Source: Dicyema japonicum (lineage: Eukaryota; Animalia; Dicyemida). Taken from it: a DNA stretch of 64,000 nt. Location: assembly GCA_011109175.1 (NCBI GenBank), contig RDEW01000067.1:1-64000 (forward strand), read 5' to 3'. The translations under genes and the position numbers were made by a program. Position 1 is the first letter of the stretch. Every line of letters begins with the position of its first letter. Positions 1 to 12,239 of the stretch are shown here, in pieces. The notes under the pieces were generated by a model. That model had not been told where the DNA came from and searched no databases. It worked only from the letters and a program-made list of their open reading frames with translations.

Positions 1-2055
1 GGAGTGCGGAAAAAAAGTCAAGCGGAAAAAAAGTCAAGTCCGTAAGGGGAAAAAAAGTCAAGTCGTCTTTTTTTAAGTTTATATCGCATTTTTGTGATAC
101 TACTAGCATCTTTTAATTTTTAAAAATTTTTTCAATACTTGACTTTTTTTCCGCTTGACTTTTTTTCCATTTTTGAAAATTTTTCCCTTATAAATTTTCG
201 AAATTTAGCGCAAAACGGAAAAAAAGTCAAGTCCGTTAACGAAATTACGGACTTGACTTTTTTTCCGCTTTGGTATAATCGCTTTGACTAAATCAATTTA
301 AGAATTTCAAGGTAATAATAAAATTGACTTAACTTTTTTCGCTTTGGTTTAATCTTTTTGACCTTGACTTTTTTCGCTTTGGTTTAATCTTTTTGACTTA
401 ATCAATATACAGATTTTAAGGTTATAATTAGGCGTATTTTATTGATTCAAATTAAATAATCCCTTGATTCTCGTTAAATAAAAATTATATGTTTATAACA
501 TTTTAAAAAATTTTAAAAGTAGAAAAAATCTGTTTTATTTTTAGAATTTATTTCCACCACGTGTAGTTTTAGTTGTGGCGGGACATTTTAATTCATTAAC
601 ATTAGCCAAAATTAACTATTTAAATAATTTGTTATTCTAAACTCGCTTACTTTAAAATGAAACGATCATGAATAAAAATCTTAATTTATAAACGGAAAAA
701 AAGTCAAGTCCGTAATTTCGTTAACGGACTTATTAGTTAAAAATGAGAAACTTTCCCATAAAAATTGACTAAATCAAATTACCCATGCAAATGTAGAAAC
801 GTTTAATCTACTTAATGAATATCGATCCAGACAGTCAGTCAAAATTTAAATCGTGACAAAATATTTGGCAGATTTGTTAACTTGTGCAAACAATCATATC
901 AAGTAGATTTCAAGTGCCCATTATACTTGTTTTTCATTCAAATTTTATGTTCGAATTTTACCGCCGATTTAACTGAGGCCATGAAAATAAGGAAACTATA
1001 TTAAAGTCAAAACGTCTACTCAGCCTCATTTTTCATGAAAGCTCATGTCTTCCTTCTTGTGACTATGGGCGAGGAAATAAGGTTTTCTAATAGGAGAAGC
1101 GAAGAGGCGAACTTAGGAGTAATGTTCTAATAGGAGAAGGGATGATGTGAACTTAGGAGTCGGGTTCTAATAGGAGAAGAAATGATGTGAACTTAGGAGT
1201 CGGGTTCTATAGGAGAAGCGAAGATGTGAACTTAGGAGAGGTGTTCTATAGGAGAAGCGAAGATGTGAACTTAGGAGAAGTGTTCTAATAGGAGAGGCGA
1301 GGAGGCGTGTTTTAAGTTCTTCTAACAAATAATTGAAAAACTCGTTGGAGCATTTTTCAGTAGGTGCACGTGAGAGTGAATGAATCACATGTTTAGGGAG
1401 ATCGATTTCAATTATTTTGATGTTTGTTTATATTTTGTGCAATAAATGGCTGAAAAGTAATTTTTATTCAAATAAAATTGACAGGCAATATTCATTTTGT
1501 CATTTATTCAACTTAATGTCACAAACGTTAAAATTTCTATGCCACACTAAAAAATTGATTTGCAATAAAATAAGCATTTTAATGTTCTAAGGCAGATAAA
1601 ATATAAATTTATTTATTCAAAAAAGTCAACGACATACAATTTTATCAATTTCAAGTTCTGACTTTTAGACAGCCTAGAATCGATAATTTTAATTGTTAAG
1701 AACCTTCTTGAAGCATTATTCCCTGTTCTACCTCAAGACAGGCATATCAAGGTCCCCAATATGCTCCAGACGGGATTCGGATGTAGACACAATGGCATCC
1801 GATGCTTCCTTGTATGCGAAAGTTCGCATATCCGAGGTCTTTAGGTATTTACAACCATATTGAGGAGATCAAGTATAAGAGAATTTACAACCATATTGAG
1901 GAGATCAAGTCACTAGGTGTACAAGACCTAAACCACAGTAATTTCGTTAACGGACTTGACTTTTTTTCCGTTTTGCGCTAAATTTCGAAAATTTATAAGG
2001 GAAAAATTTTCAAAAATGGAAAAAAACTTTTTTTCCACTTGACTTTTTTTCCTAC
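1..2055. mobile_element. Foldback/long-inverted-repeat element or remnant built from a repeated GGAAAAAAAGTCAAG motif
   Basis: 161-248 is the reverse complement of about 1938-2025 (88 nt). The GGAAAAAAAGTCAAG/CTTGACTTTTTTTCC motif recurs many times in both orientations at 1-400, about 695 and 1950-2050. The left end may lie outside the window. Confidence 0.55.
1085..1310. repeat. Minisatellite, about 5.5 copies of a 39-40 nt unit
   Basis: Head-to-tail unit TTCTA(A)TAGGAGAAGCGAAGATGTGAACTTAGGAGnnnn with only point variation. Confidence 0.9.
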
Positions 2056-2539
2056 AACCGCAACATCCTGGTTCCCTTGTGTTTTCGAACCTGGAATTCC
2101 TGGGTCTTCTAAGGCAAGGGTCTTGAGTTTTTTATGTGGGTCTCTGAATTATCCCAAATGATTACTTTCATCTCCAATAAAAACGTTTTCAAAATAGTGC
2201 TTTTCAAAAACGAATAGAAAATGTCTTTTTCAACCACAATGGATTGAGATTTTTGGCATCATATCAAGCAATCACCTTCCAAAATGAATTGAAAAAGTGC
2301 TCATTTGGTGTTCTCACGATATTCGGATCTACTTATTTGTGCTAGTAAGCGTTTTCACATGAATTTGATCAAATCTAAATTATTGATGCAAATTTTGAAG
2401 TTAAAAATAACAAGTTACAACCCAGACATGACACTATTGGCTAATGAAATGCACGGTCAATTAATTAAATATAATTTTGTTGTTAATTATCCTAAAAAGT
2501 GGCTCTTCTATTTTTTAATTTCCAAAAATTGGCTATTTG

Positions 2540-2700
2540 GCTTAGAAAGTTGCCGGCCCTTGTCTAGGGAATCGGATTTCTACAAAACACGAGATCTCTG
2601 TAAGCGCTGCTGCCTATTTTAGCGAACCTCGCTCGACACCCAGTCAGGGCGGCTACTGAATGACCATGGGTTGATGTTTCATTTTAATAAGTTTAAATTA
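2540..2700 (+). mobile_element. CRE-like non-LTR retrotransposon 3' fragment
   Basis: GAGATCTCTGTAAGCGCTGCTGCCTATTTTAGCGAACCTCGCTCG aligns with the CRE 3' coding end at about 46578-46625 (GDLRERRWLFERISL). Confidence 0.6.
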
Positions 2701-2825
2701 ATAAGCTATGTACATCAATAATAATCGATAAAACCGGAGTTACGGAAAAATCGCAATTCATCAAATATCGCTAAATAAAGTAAAGTTGTTATAACATGTT
2801 TTTTTTCATCGGACACTCTCAGTCG

Positions 2826-3138
2826 GGCGGCATAGTGGCTAGGTGTCGGGCTAAAGTGACTTAGGTTACGGGTTCGATTCTCGCTGCTGTTTACCTGTTG
2901 AAGGTTCCACGCATCTACGATGCTAAAAAGGCTTGACGAGTGACGCCGTCATCAGTGGACTCTCACTGCGGAACAGGATTGTCAAAAAAGGACCCACACA
3001 CAAGAAAAAGAAAATAGAAGTGAAGATCATTCCTTGGTTCTGCGATTAGTTAAAATTAACTGTTCTTTACTTAAATAAAGTGTATCCTACCTATGCGGAG
3101 CTATAAATACTATGGCTCTCGTGAAAAGGCTTCATTAT
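2826..3138 (+). mobile_element. tRNA-derived SINE, copy 1 (3' end runs into the gap)
   Basis: A-box-like GGCATAGTGG, B-box GGTTCGATTC, conserved core GAAGGTTCCACGCATC...TGACGAGTGACG, and the start of an ATT tail. Homologous to 4567-4905, 28715-28860, 32650-32790 and 39736-40044. Confidence 0.85.
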
Positions 3139-3608
3139 NNNNNNNNNNNNNNNNNNNNNNNNNNNNNNNNNNNNNNNNNNNNNNNNNNNNNNNNNNNNNN
3201 NNNNNNNNNNNNNNNNNNNNNNNNNNNNNNNNNNNNNNNNNNNNNNNNNNNNNNNNNNNNNNNNNNNNNNNNNNNNNNNNNNNNNNNNNNNNNNNNNNNN
3301 NNNNNNNNNNNNNNNNNNNNNNNNNNNNNNNNNNNNNNNNNNNNNNNNNNNNNNNNNNNNNNNNNNNNNNNNNNNNNNNNNNNNNNNNNNNNNNNNNNNN
3401 NNNNNNNNNNNNNNNNNNNNNNNNNNNNNNNNNNNNNNNNNNNNNNNNNNNNNNNNNNNNNNNNNNNNNNNNNNNNNNNNNNNNNNNNNNNNNNNNNNNN
3501 NNNNNNNNNNNNNNNNNNNNNNNNNNNNNNNNNNNNNNNNNNNNNNNNNNNNNNNNNNNNNNNNNNNNNNNNNNNNNNNNNNNNNNNNNNNNNNNNNNNN
3601 NNNNNNNN
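3139..3608. other. Assembly gap (N run)
   Basis: Run of N. ORFs called across it are artefacts. Confidence 1.
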
Positions 3609-4296
3609 CCCTTTTCAGGGTTGCGGAGATTTTCTGGATGTTCGTATAAGAGGCCTGTGGTTCCCATGAAGTACACGCATGTTAAATGCATGATTCAATG
3701 TACTGTGAGAGGAACGTTTTAAGTATAGAGTATGTCTAATTTTCCATAGACCTGTTAGGCATTTCAGAAGGTTGATTTTTTTCTCACATTTGTTCAGCAC
3801 GTTAGTGACGTGTCTCGTAAAGTTCATGCATCAAAAGTCAGACCCAATATTTTTTGCCATTTGCTGAACGGCAATGCTCTTCCCTCCGCAGTAACTTCTA
3901 TTGTTCTGTTCGACAATCTTTGTCCGAGGCATAAAGAGTTGTAACAGATTTTTCAGTATTTATTAAACAACTTGAGTAGTCGACCTATGTGGTGTTGTAT
4001 TCTATCCATCGCTGTTTGGATGTTCTTATCCCATGAGGCTAAGTCGATGTCGTCTGCATAAGCCAGAAGCAGGTCGTCTTCTCCTTTTGGCGTCGGAATG
4101 TCAGCTGTTAATAAATTGAATAGGAATAAAAATTGTAATAACGGCGAGCCCTGGGGTTCTCCATTTGGAAATAAACGGGAGACAGATTGAATGTTTCCAA
4201 TGCACACTCTATCTCTTTTTCGGAATTAGATAATAATAGAATACCAGGGATTAGTTATGTTGTATCATTGGTCATGTGGAACTCTGTTACATGAGC
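3609..4296 (-). mobile_element. Degenerate LINE reverse transcriptase fragment; its upstream part probably resumes at about 26750-26900
   Basis: PQGSPL and YADD motifs in ORF 3953-4207, RVPHD next to 4296, and an LIHPS...LDK...VGVLF-like segment on the minus strand just right of 26749. Confidence 0.75.
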
Positions 4297-4566
4297 ATAT
4301 AGAACTGAGGTTTTCAAACTTTTTTACACGCCTACCTTAGAAAAAATAAACAATATTTTGCCACCCTTTATATTCCATGATATAAACATATATTATTTTT
4401 AGCAGAAACAATTTTTTAACACAAAAAAAGTTAGTGAGATAATTTTTGACACAAAGTTTTTGAAATCTCGGTGTCATTGAGGAGAGTGTCTCTCGTAGCC
4501 CACTAATAAACGAGTTCGATATTTATATTGCATCTAGTGCAGAAATATCCAGTTTCACATAAATAT

Positions 4567-4905
4567 AATAATAATAATAATAATTAAGCGCTACCGCGTT
4601 GCCATAAGCACGTAAGATTCCTAAGGTTTCGCTCGTGCAGAACACACACTATTTAAGTAAAAAAGTTATTATATCTAATCGTAGAGGGAGAACCAAGGAA
4701 TGGTCTTCACTTCTTTGTTTTTTCTTTTTCTTGTGTGTATGTCCTTTTGACTATCCAGTTCCGCAGTGAATCTTTAATGATGACGGCGTCACTCGTCATT
4801 CCCTTTCCGCATCGTAGATGCGTGGAACCTTCCACTAGGTGAACAGCAGCGAGAATCGAACCCGTGACCTTAGTCACTTTAGCTCGACACCTAACCACTA
4901 TACCA
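4567..4905 (-). mobile_element. tRNA-derived SINE, copy 2, with TSD
   Basis: 11-bp TSD CACATAAATAT at 4556-4566 and 4906-4916, A/B boxes, conserved core and (ATT)n tail. Confidence 0.9.
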
Positions 4906-4916
4906 CACATAAATAT

Positions 4917-6610
4917 GAGGTTACAAATGGCAACAAAACTTTCATCTTTAGTTATGTCAGTTTCCATCATGAACTTGCATAGCGAATTTAAGCCACTACG
5001 CAATTGGCTACCTCACGCATATATACAATCTGTCCATTAACTATAATATATTCCTAAGATTTGGAAGAATTCTATCATCAGACCGATATTGAAGGCTGGG
5101 AAACCAGAGACAGAACCTGCATCCTACAGGCCTATTTCCGTTACCAGCACACTGTCAAAAATTATGGAGAAACTTGTATTATCAGTCATTATTCCGTATC
5201 TTCCGCGTCCTATATTTCAACATGGTTTCCTCCGCGGTAGGTCACCGCTACATACTTGGCAACTTTATCGCAGTTCATTGCCGACGGTTTAACACCCATC
5301 CTCCGCCTCACAAACGCACAATCTTGGTTTCTATTGACATCAACAAAGCCTTTGACACTGTTTCGAGGAAAATCTTGGTTGGAAAAATTTTTTCTACATA
5401 TTCGTCCGAATGTGAAATTATGGCTGGCCAACTTTTTGTCTGGAAGACGTGGAAGAGTAGTCAGTGGTGATCTCAGATCTAGATCCGATTACTACCGAAC
5501 GGGTACCCCAGGGGTCTCCACTTTCACCATCATTCTATTCACCTTTTCCTACACGACCTACCTAATGATGGAGACGAAGATTCCTGTTATTATCCTACGC
5601 AGACGACGTAGTCATTGCAACACGGAACCGGCTCGACTCAAGTCGCATCCCTTAAACTCAGACAAAATTGAACATTCTCCACGATTGGATTGCTGGCAAT
5701 CGACTAACGATTTCTGCAACCAAGTCTATCTGTTCCACATTCACGTCGGACCGTCGTTCCAAGGATGAACCGAGTCTTTTCATTGGTCCCACTAGGATTC
5801 CAGTGACAAAGTCCCCCATTGTCCTTGGAGTCAAGTACGACACCCTTCTCAAATTCAACTCCCACGCAAAGACATATCACCAGGGGCCTCCAGAAGTTAA
5901 CGTTATACGCGCCCTTGTTCGGAGGACCACGAGGAACATGGACTTTTCCGTTTTCTACACTCTACCAACAAACAATCGCGCCTGCCATTGAGTATGCCTC
6001 CGTTGCATGGAGATTCGGCTATCGGAGTCTTTGGTCCAAAGAATCAACTCGATATACCGGAAAACAATCAGTATGCTTTCCTCACGTAATGGATCAACAG
6101 TCGACCCACTACTCATGGAAGCTAAGATCCGTAGTCGTGGCTCCGGATTTCTTCGCCTCTGTGAGGAAGATGGAAATCCGCTTCGCCTAATCCTTCCCAT
6201 GGCAAGAGAAAACCGATTGGATAAGAAATTCCCCTCCCGATCGGATTCCTCTGCAAGACCGAGAGAAGGCTCTTCCGGAAAGTAGTGGGGACGATGGAGG
6301 ATCACAGACGTCGAATGGCACAAGTGATTGCGAGACTGGGATCACCTAACTGTCTGACTCTTTTGTCTTTCTTTCTCGGTGTTCCCGGGGTTTATTAAAA
6401 TAAATAAATAAATAGCGAATTTATTATTGTGTAGTCAAGAAACCAACTGATCACAAAGATCTTCAGATATGTCATCAATTATTCCGGCAACTGTGTTATC
6501 ATAGAGTGGTATTTGCAGTAATTGTTCAGCATTTTTGGTTCCATAATTTTTTGCGGAAAATTTGGGAATTAGCAAATTTCAGAATTTATTCAATAATTTT
6601 AAAATAGTTT
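4917..6610 (-). pseudogene. Buster-type (ZBED5/SCAND3-like) transposase remnant split by a LINE insertion
   Basis: 6424-6610 encodes AEQLLQIPLYDNTVAGIIDDISEDLCDQLVS. After removing 4991-6411 it reads LHNNKFAMQV.., followed by a frameshifted ETDITKD, matching the family motifs IPLSxNTVxRRI and FxxQxDExTD. Confidence 0.7.
4991..6411 (+). mobile_element. 5'-truncated Ingi/Vingi-like LINE (RT and 3' end, frameshifted)
   Basis: SYRPIS, QHGF, FNTHPPPHKRTILVSIDINKAFDTVS, YADD; (TAAA)n tail; 12-bp TSD ATAGCGAATTTA at 4979-4990 and 6412-6423. Confidence 0.9.
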
Positions 6611-6719
6611 TTGGGAAACTTCTCATCGATGAAAATAATTAAATTTGATTTTATTATGAAAAAAAAATTATTTAAAAAAGTTTAAAATCGCTTCGTTTCC
6701 TAAAGAAACTTGGACACCT

Positions 6720-7728
6720 AGCTACACTTAAAAGCCACGACGCGCGTGAGACCAGTGACTTCTCCAGTTGATCTCTGTTGCAATCGTAAGAGCCAACGAC
6801 GTCGATAATGTCGGCGGGGTCCAATTTAGATGGTTAGCTGTGTTATTTATTTAATAACCCCGAGAAGGGAAGAAAGGAGTAAACCAACTAATTAAGTGAT
6901 CCCGGTACACCTCAAAAGGATCGAGAGATCGGCAGGTAGATTCGTTAGACGTACCAATTTGGCTGTTAGGGAATTGATTTTGTACAAATTTGCTGTTCTT
7001 TGACGTGGAGAAGGCGTTCGACTGGTCTGTCATAGTTGACTCCAATACGCCCTTGCAGAGGGGTGATCTCACTGGAACTCTGAAGCTATTCTCCAATTCT
7101 CTGGAATAAGCGTGGTTTAGAGGTGCCATTTTAGTTTCTATTTTACGGGCATTTCAGCAGGGGTTAAGTCAAAACTTGTTTAATGAGTATCTCCCGTCCC
7201 TTCCTCGTCCAATTTAACTTTTTGAATTACATCGTACACAGGAATTACTTTTTGGAGACCAGATGTAGCGTGTCGGAGTATGTTGTGGATGCTATCATAT
7301 GCTGGCCAAAAGATGACCGTCTATGGGGTTCACAGGAAAGTTACCTAGGGTCACGTTTACCTCAAAGTTAGTTTACTGGAACAAATTGCTCTCATTATGT
7401 GAAGGTCTGCATAACAATCGGACGCTCTTAGAACATTTCGTCTGAAACGAGAAGCGTTAACCCAGTTTCCCAGTCTCTCCAAAATATTCTTTGTCAGCCA
7501 TTTTCAACATCCGTTGAAGATGTTTTTAATAGCCAATCGTAATATTTCCTAGAAAACTCAATAACATATAAATACAAGAAAATCTTTGAATTTTACATTA
7601 ACCAGAAGAGTTCTCTTATATATTTATTTTATAATAGGTATTATCAAAAAAGTTGCATGATATATTATTTTTTTATTTAACCAAAAGACCACGGTAAAAC
7701 CAAACTAATTATCACGTGATCCCGATGC
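6720..7728 (-). mobile_element. Decayed LINE 3' fragments (Vingi-like 3' ends at about 6850-6903 and 7670-7723)
   Basis: Reverse-complemented GGGATCAC..TAATTAG terminal motif followed by A-rich tails. Confidence 0.55.
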
Positions 7729-7740
7729 ATTCTAGATTTA

Positions 7741-8215
7741 TTATTATTATTAAAAAGCACTCCCGAGAAAACATAAAATTAGTTAAGTTTCCGTTGTGCC
7801 GTATTCAGAATCATCCTCTCTGTCAGCTCCGACCATGATCTTCCGTTGCGCATTAGTTCTCTTAGGTAGTTCATGTGTCCGCCATTTCCATTATAATGTC
7901 AGATGCTGCCAACACTATTGTAGCACAGCGAATCAGATCCTGATGAACTGAAAATCCGAAACAATAATGTCGGCAGACCAATGGGAAAGTAAAAAGGTGG
8001 AATCTTTCAAACAGTTCTGTTAATTGTCCGGTCGTTTCTGTCTCTTGTAACAGCAGACAGAGATGTCATTTTTTGTTAGATCGCATGTCAGTTGGTGTTT
8101 CTGTAAGTTGTTTAAGTCCTCTGCAATTAAAAGATCCCAGAGTGAACGGAGAAGTCGGTAAAAAATACGAAATAGACATAGTGCAATAGAGGCGTCGTCA
8201 CCACCTCAACCAAAA
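7741..8215 (-). mobile_element. Short bipartite non-autonomous LINE derivative (APE N-terminus joined to a 3' end)
   Basis: 12-bp TSD ATTCTAGATTTA at 7729-7740 and 8216-8227, (TAA)n tail, and ORF start MSISYFLPTSPFTLGSFNCRGL..QET. A second co-terminal copy lies at about 58235-58690. Confidence 0.8.
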
Positions 8216-10156
8216 ATTCTAGATTTAATTATTTAAACAAAGAATATTAATTGCAAAAAATCTTGGTTTATTTTTTTATTGTATGTTGTGTAGATAAACG
8301 CGAAAGTACTTCGAAGATTCAAACTTGGAGTATTACTAATGAGTTTTGAATCACAAAGTAAAGCGAGTATAGATAAGCGTGATCTCCACGGAGAATAAAT
8401 GCGATTAAGCAAAGTGCGGTACAGAAACGAGAGACGAAAAGCTAGATTAAAGTCAAACCGTTACTAAACTTAGTAGACCTTGAATTCAGACCTTTTGAGA
8501 TGTAGAGCCATAGAATGGAATTACTTCGACTCTCTGATGACGTTTGCCAGTCACACGAGAAAGTGTTAACTAAGGGTCTTCGAAAATTGAACGTCCTAAA
8601 AGCCATCGTAAAGAAGAGCCCCTTCTCCTACTGCTTGTATCAGCAAAGTATATCTCCAAGTTATTGTGCGACGATTGAATATGCTGTTCTACCTGGAGAT
8701 TCGCCATTCCTTCTACGAGGGTGGAGCGTGTGAATTTTCTCAGACGGAAGATCATGATGCACACACAATCAGACAGTCTGCTTTCAGAGGAGGAAACGGT
8801 GAGAAATGGCCTGGGCTTCCTACGTATGTGCAAACCCATTCAGAGAGTGGTTCATGCGGAGGAATTCAGATCGGCAATAGAAAAATGCACTCCGATAGAA
8901 TTCCTCTGCAGAAATAAAAGAAGACACTACAGAAACGCTGTTGTTTCACTGGCGGAGCATTCGAAAAGAATTCGAGAGATGTTGAGGCTGGGATCACTTA
9001 ATTTAGCAAGTTAATTCTATCTTTCTTGGTGGTCTTGGAGTTTTAAAATAAATAAATATAAATGTATTTCAATTCCTTCACCAATTCACCAAACATACAA
9101 TGATCACATTTTTTTATCTTGTGGGTAGATACTTCGCCAGGAACGCCACTTGTGTGGATGGGTTCTCCACAGACCTTTAAATGGCGGCAACTCAGCCAGG
9201 ATCAGCCTCAGAAAGGGAGAGAAACCCTAAGAAAAAACACAAAATTCTCGGTGGACAGTTATTGTTGAACCACTCATTGTCGAAATATCAGAGGGTCATT
9301 GGAAGCAGATCACTAACTCCGATTAACCATATTGGATCGCTAATCGTGTAAAAGAAAATGATAACCAGATATGACTCAGCTTATTGATCGCATTTCCTCA
9401 CAACTCTCGATTTTCAGAGCTGTCAGACATATTTTTGTAGACTTCTTTGTAGCTTTCCTCTTTCCTCAATTGAAGAGTTCTAATAATAGAATTCTTCATC
9501 TGTGGACTTAAAAAAACAACTTTGTGGTTTAAAAAGACTCGTCGCCTCACAAGTAGATGTGTTTAACATTTGTTGAGAAGACAAGAAAGACAGACATGTT
9601 TAAGCCAGGTGGTAATTAACTATTTTGGGGACCTGCACACGTGATTCCTATCACCGATTCAATTAAAAATCTCATTTTAAAAATAAAATAAAAAAATAAA
9701 ATTTTGACCTCTTCTATGCAGGAACCCACTGATGTGGTTCCTTGAAATTACCAGCGATGTATTTACAAGTTACCGGGGTTTCAGATATTTTTTCAGTCGA
9801 ATATCTGATCAATTAACCTCTCGGAAAACAGGTCAATAATTATGCCTGCGTAAGAACTGACCCATTTTACTGAATAATAATTTTGCCTGCGTAAGAACTG
9901 ACGCAGTTTATGAATACCAGTTTATTGAATACTGAATACTAAGCGCTTAATCCTAACGAGAAGGGTATGGAAGTGGTAAACCAACAGTCATATCATCATG
10001 AAGATCAATATTAATGGAAATGGTAAACTAACAGCCATATCATCATTAAGATCAATTAGCAATCAAGAAAATAAATTACATTAAAATATGCAAAAAATCT
10101 TAAAATATGCGACCTTTGGAAATATAAATTAAACAAGACAGCGTATTTACTTTATT

Positions 10157-12017
10157 ATGTCGGAGTCTATTGACAGAGATGAAGATGGATTTGATGAGGA
10201 GACCCTAATTAAAATGTTGTCCCCAGTCCAGGCGCCAGAAGGAGGCCACGGATGGTTAATCGTGTGTATCTGCTCGCTTATTTCGTTTTCTACACTGGAT
10301 TAATTTGCTCGTTTGGATTAATAATATTAATACTCCTTAAATATTATTCAGTTAACCCAAAGGAGACTCACTTTTTTCTTCCAGCTGTACTATTTATCGC
10401 TGTCAACATAATTGGTAAACCAATTTGGTTTACTTTAGTTTTACCTTCAACTTTTCTTCTTAAATTTACCACACCAAAAGTTTTGCTGATAAGTTCGGGG
10501 TTTGTTTTGTCTATTTCGCTTATTTCAACATATTTCGTCGGTATATGTGAACTGTATTTTCTGACAATATCGATATTTCCAGGTATTTGTTTAATTCACA
10601 TAAGGAATTGGCTTTGGGATGGCCTTCGTCTCTTCCAGTGCTCAACTCAGTGTTTATTTTATTGAGAAACGACATATTGCCATCGCTGTTATTTCTGTTG
10701 CACGAGGAATCGGTGCAATTGTAATCCCAGTCATAATATATGTGATATCAAACAATTATACATTCAATGTGAGTATCACAATTATCGGATCTTTTACTTT
10801 TATCATCTCATTACTGGGATTTTTCATTAGTCCCCCCAGACTATCACATAAAGACGGATCTGATGTCAAAGAATACGTCTCTAAAATGGCCAAAGAATAC
10901 TGCCAAGACCATCAAAATGAAGAACAGAGAGGACAAGAAAATGCCAAGTCTAAAAATATTTTTTGGTTTTTCATCAGAAATGTATTAAAGAATAACACAA
11001 AGATTCATTTCCACCTGAAGGAACCGCTTGAAGGTGATGTTTATGAAAATATGGATGTCAATGAAATGTGGACGAATTTGTTTGTAAAATTACACGAAAA
11101 GAATAAATTTGACCAATCAATAGAAGAAGTAATGACTAAATGGCTAGAATGTGTATTATTGAATCACGTCAATCGAATAGATATGTTTTTGAGAGTAGCC
11201 GTGATATTATTGCTAAGAGAGCATCAGTAAATATTGAACAATGTTCTAGCTTTCTTAAAATACCAAAAATTCAAAAATCATTCAAAAAGCAACAAATTGT
11301 CCATATAAAAGTCAGTAACAAAAACAGCCGATAAACCGAATATGAAAAATATTTTCTTACTCATTTCATCTTCTTTTGTATTTCATTTAGTGAGCAGTGT
11401 TCCTTTAGTATACACTATAATTGACTACTTTAATTTTTGGAAATAAATAAATATAAATGCATTTTGTTTCCGGGATTTATCGGTGAGAATTTTTTGTGTT
11501 AATATATAGGAATTGGGTATATGATCGGGAATCTGTTTTCCGCCCTTTTGTTGATTAAGTTTAACTTTGAACCTTATCCGATCAAGTTCACATCGATGAT
11601 TGTGTCTTCTATGTCATATTTGGCTATCGCTTACTTTGCACTTAGTTTTACGCCAATTGTTTTTTCATGCGTTATTTTTGGAATATCTTTAGGTTATTTA
11701 CCGTTCACACAATTTTAGGTGTGATTGAAAATACATTGCAACTGATCGTTTTGGATTACACCGGAATGACTGATTTCACGTTAATATATTCGATAATAAT
11801 TGCAAGTAATGGAATCTCTATATTTGTTGGTCTATGCATGACAGGTTATATCATTAATTAAACAGGACCCACATTTGATCGGGAACTTTTAACATTTTTC
11901 GATATCTTATTAGTTTCGTGCGGGATTAGTTTGGCTTCTACTATAATATTTTCGCTGATATTTATTATTAAAAAGTGTTCACAAAGGAATAACCATATCA
12001 CTTCTGATGGGAGATGA
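10157..12017 (+). pseudogene. SLC16/monocarboxylate-transporter-like MFS protein, copy 1 (frameshifts and stops in this assembly)
   Basis: APEGGHGWLIV (MCT PDGGWGW motif), GIGFGMAFVSSSAQLSVYF, multiple TM segments, and micro-introns of 24, 22 and 27 nt. Confidence 0.75.
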
Positions 12018-12239
12018 TAACACGGCTAACTCTATTATTTGATTTAGTTTTAGAAATTTGGTTTTTTTCTTTTATTAATTTATATTTGTTATACTCTGGA
12101 TGGGTTTTTAGGACTGGATTAACTGTGATTACGGGACTATTTGTGGCTCAAGGATTCAAATGGGTAAGGTTTATAAACAATGAAAGATGTCACTTAGAGA
12201 GTCGATGCATTCAAATGCATATATTTTGATAATTTGGAG

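Noticed and set aside
1085-1310. CRISPR-like array
   Set aside because: Units are contiguous with only 4-5 variable nt, there are no unique spacers or cas genes, and the context is eukaryotic.
2826-2900. Functional tRNA gene
   Set aside because: The anticodon and D arms do not form properly, and the sequence continues into a repeated SINE body.
2930-2975. Hammerhead or HDV ribozyme in the SINE core (CTGATGA on the minus strand; TTCCACG loop)
   Set aside because: CTGATGA is present in only one copy and has no GAAA partner, and no P1/P3 pairing for an HDV fold could be built.
3093-3722. Long ORFs spanning the N gap, and the many 60-130 aa antisense ORFs over TEs
   Set aside because: Artefacts of N translation or shadow frames of decayed retroelements.
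4305-4471. Stand-alone 170-bp MITE (TTTGAAATCTCGG as right TIR)
   Set aside because: Poor TIR match and no TSD. The better partner, with a perfect TSD, is at 26741.
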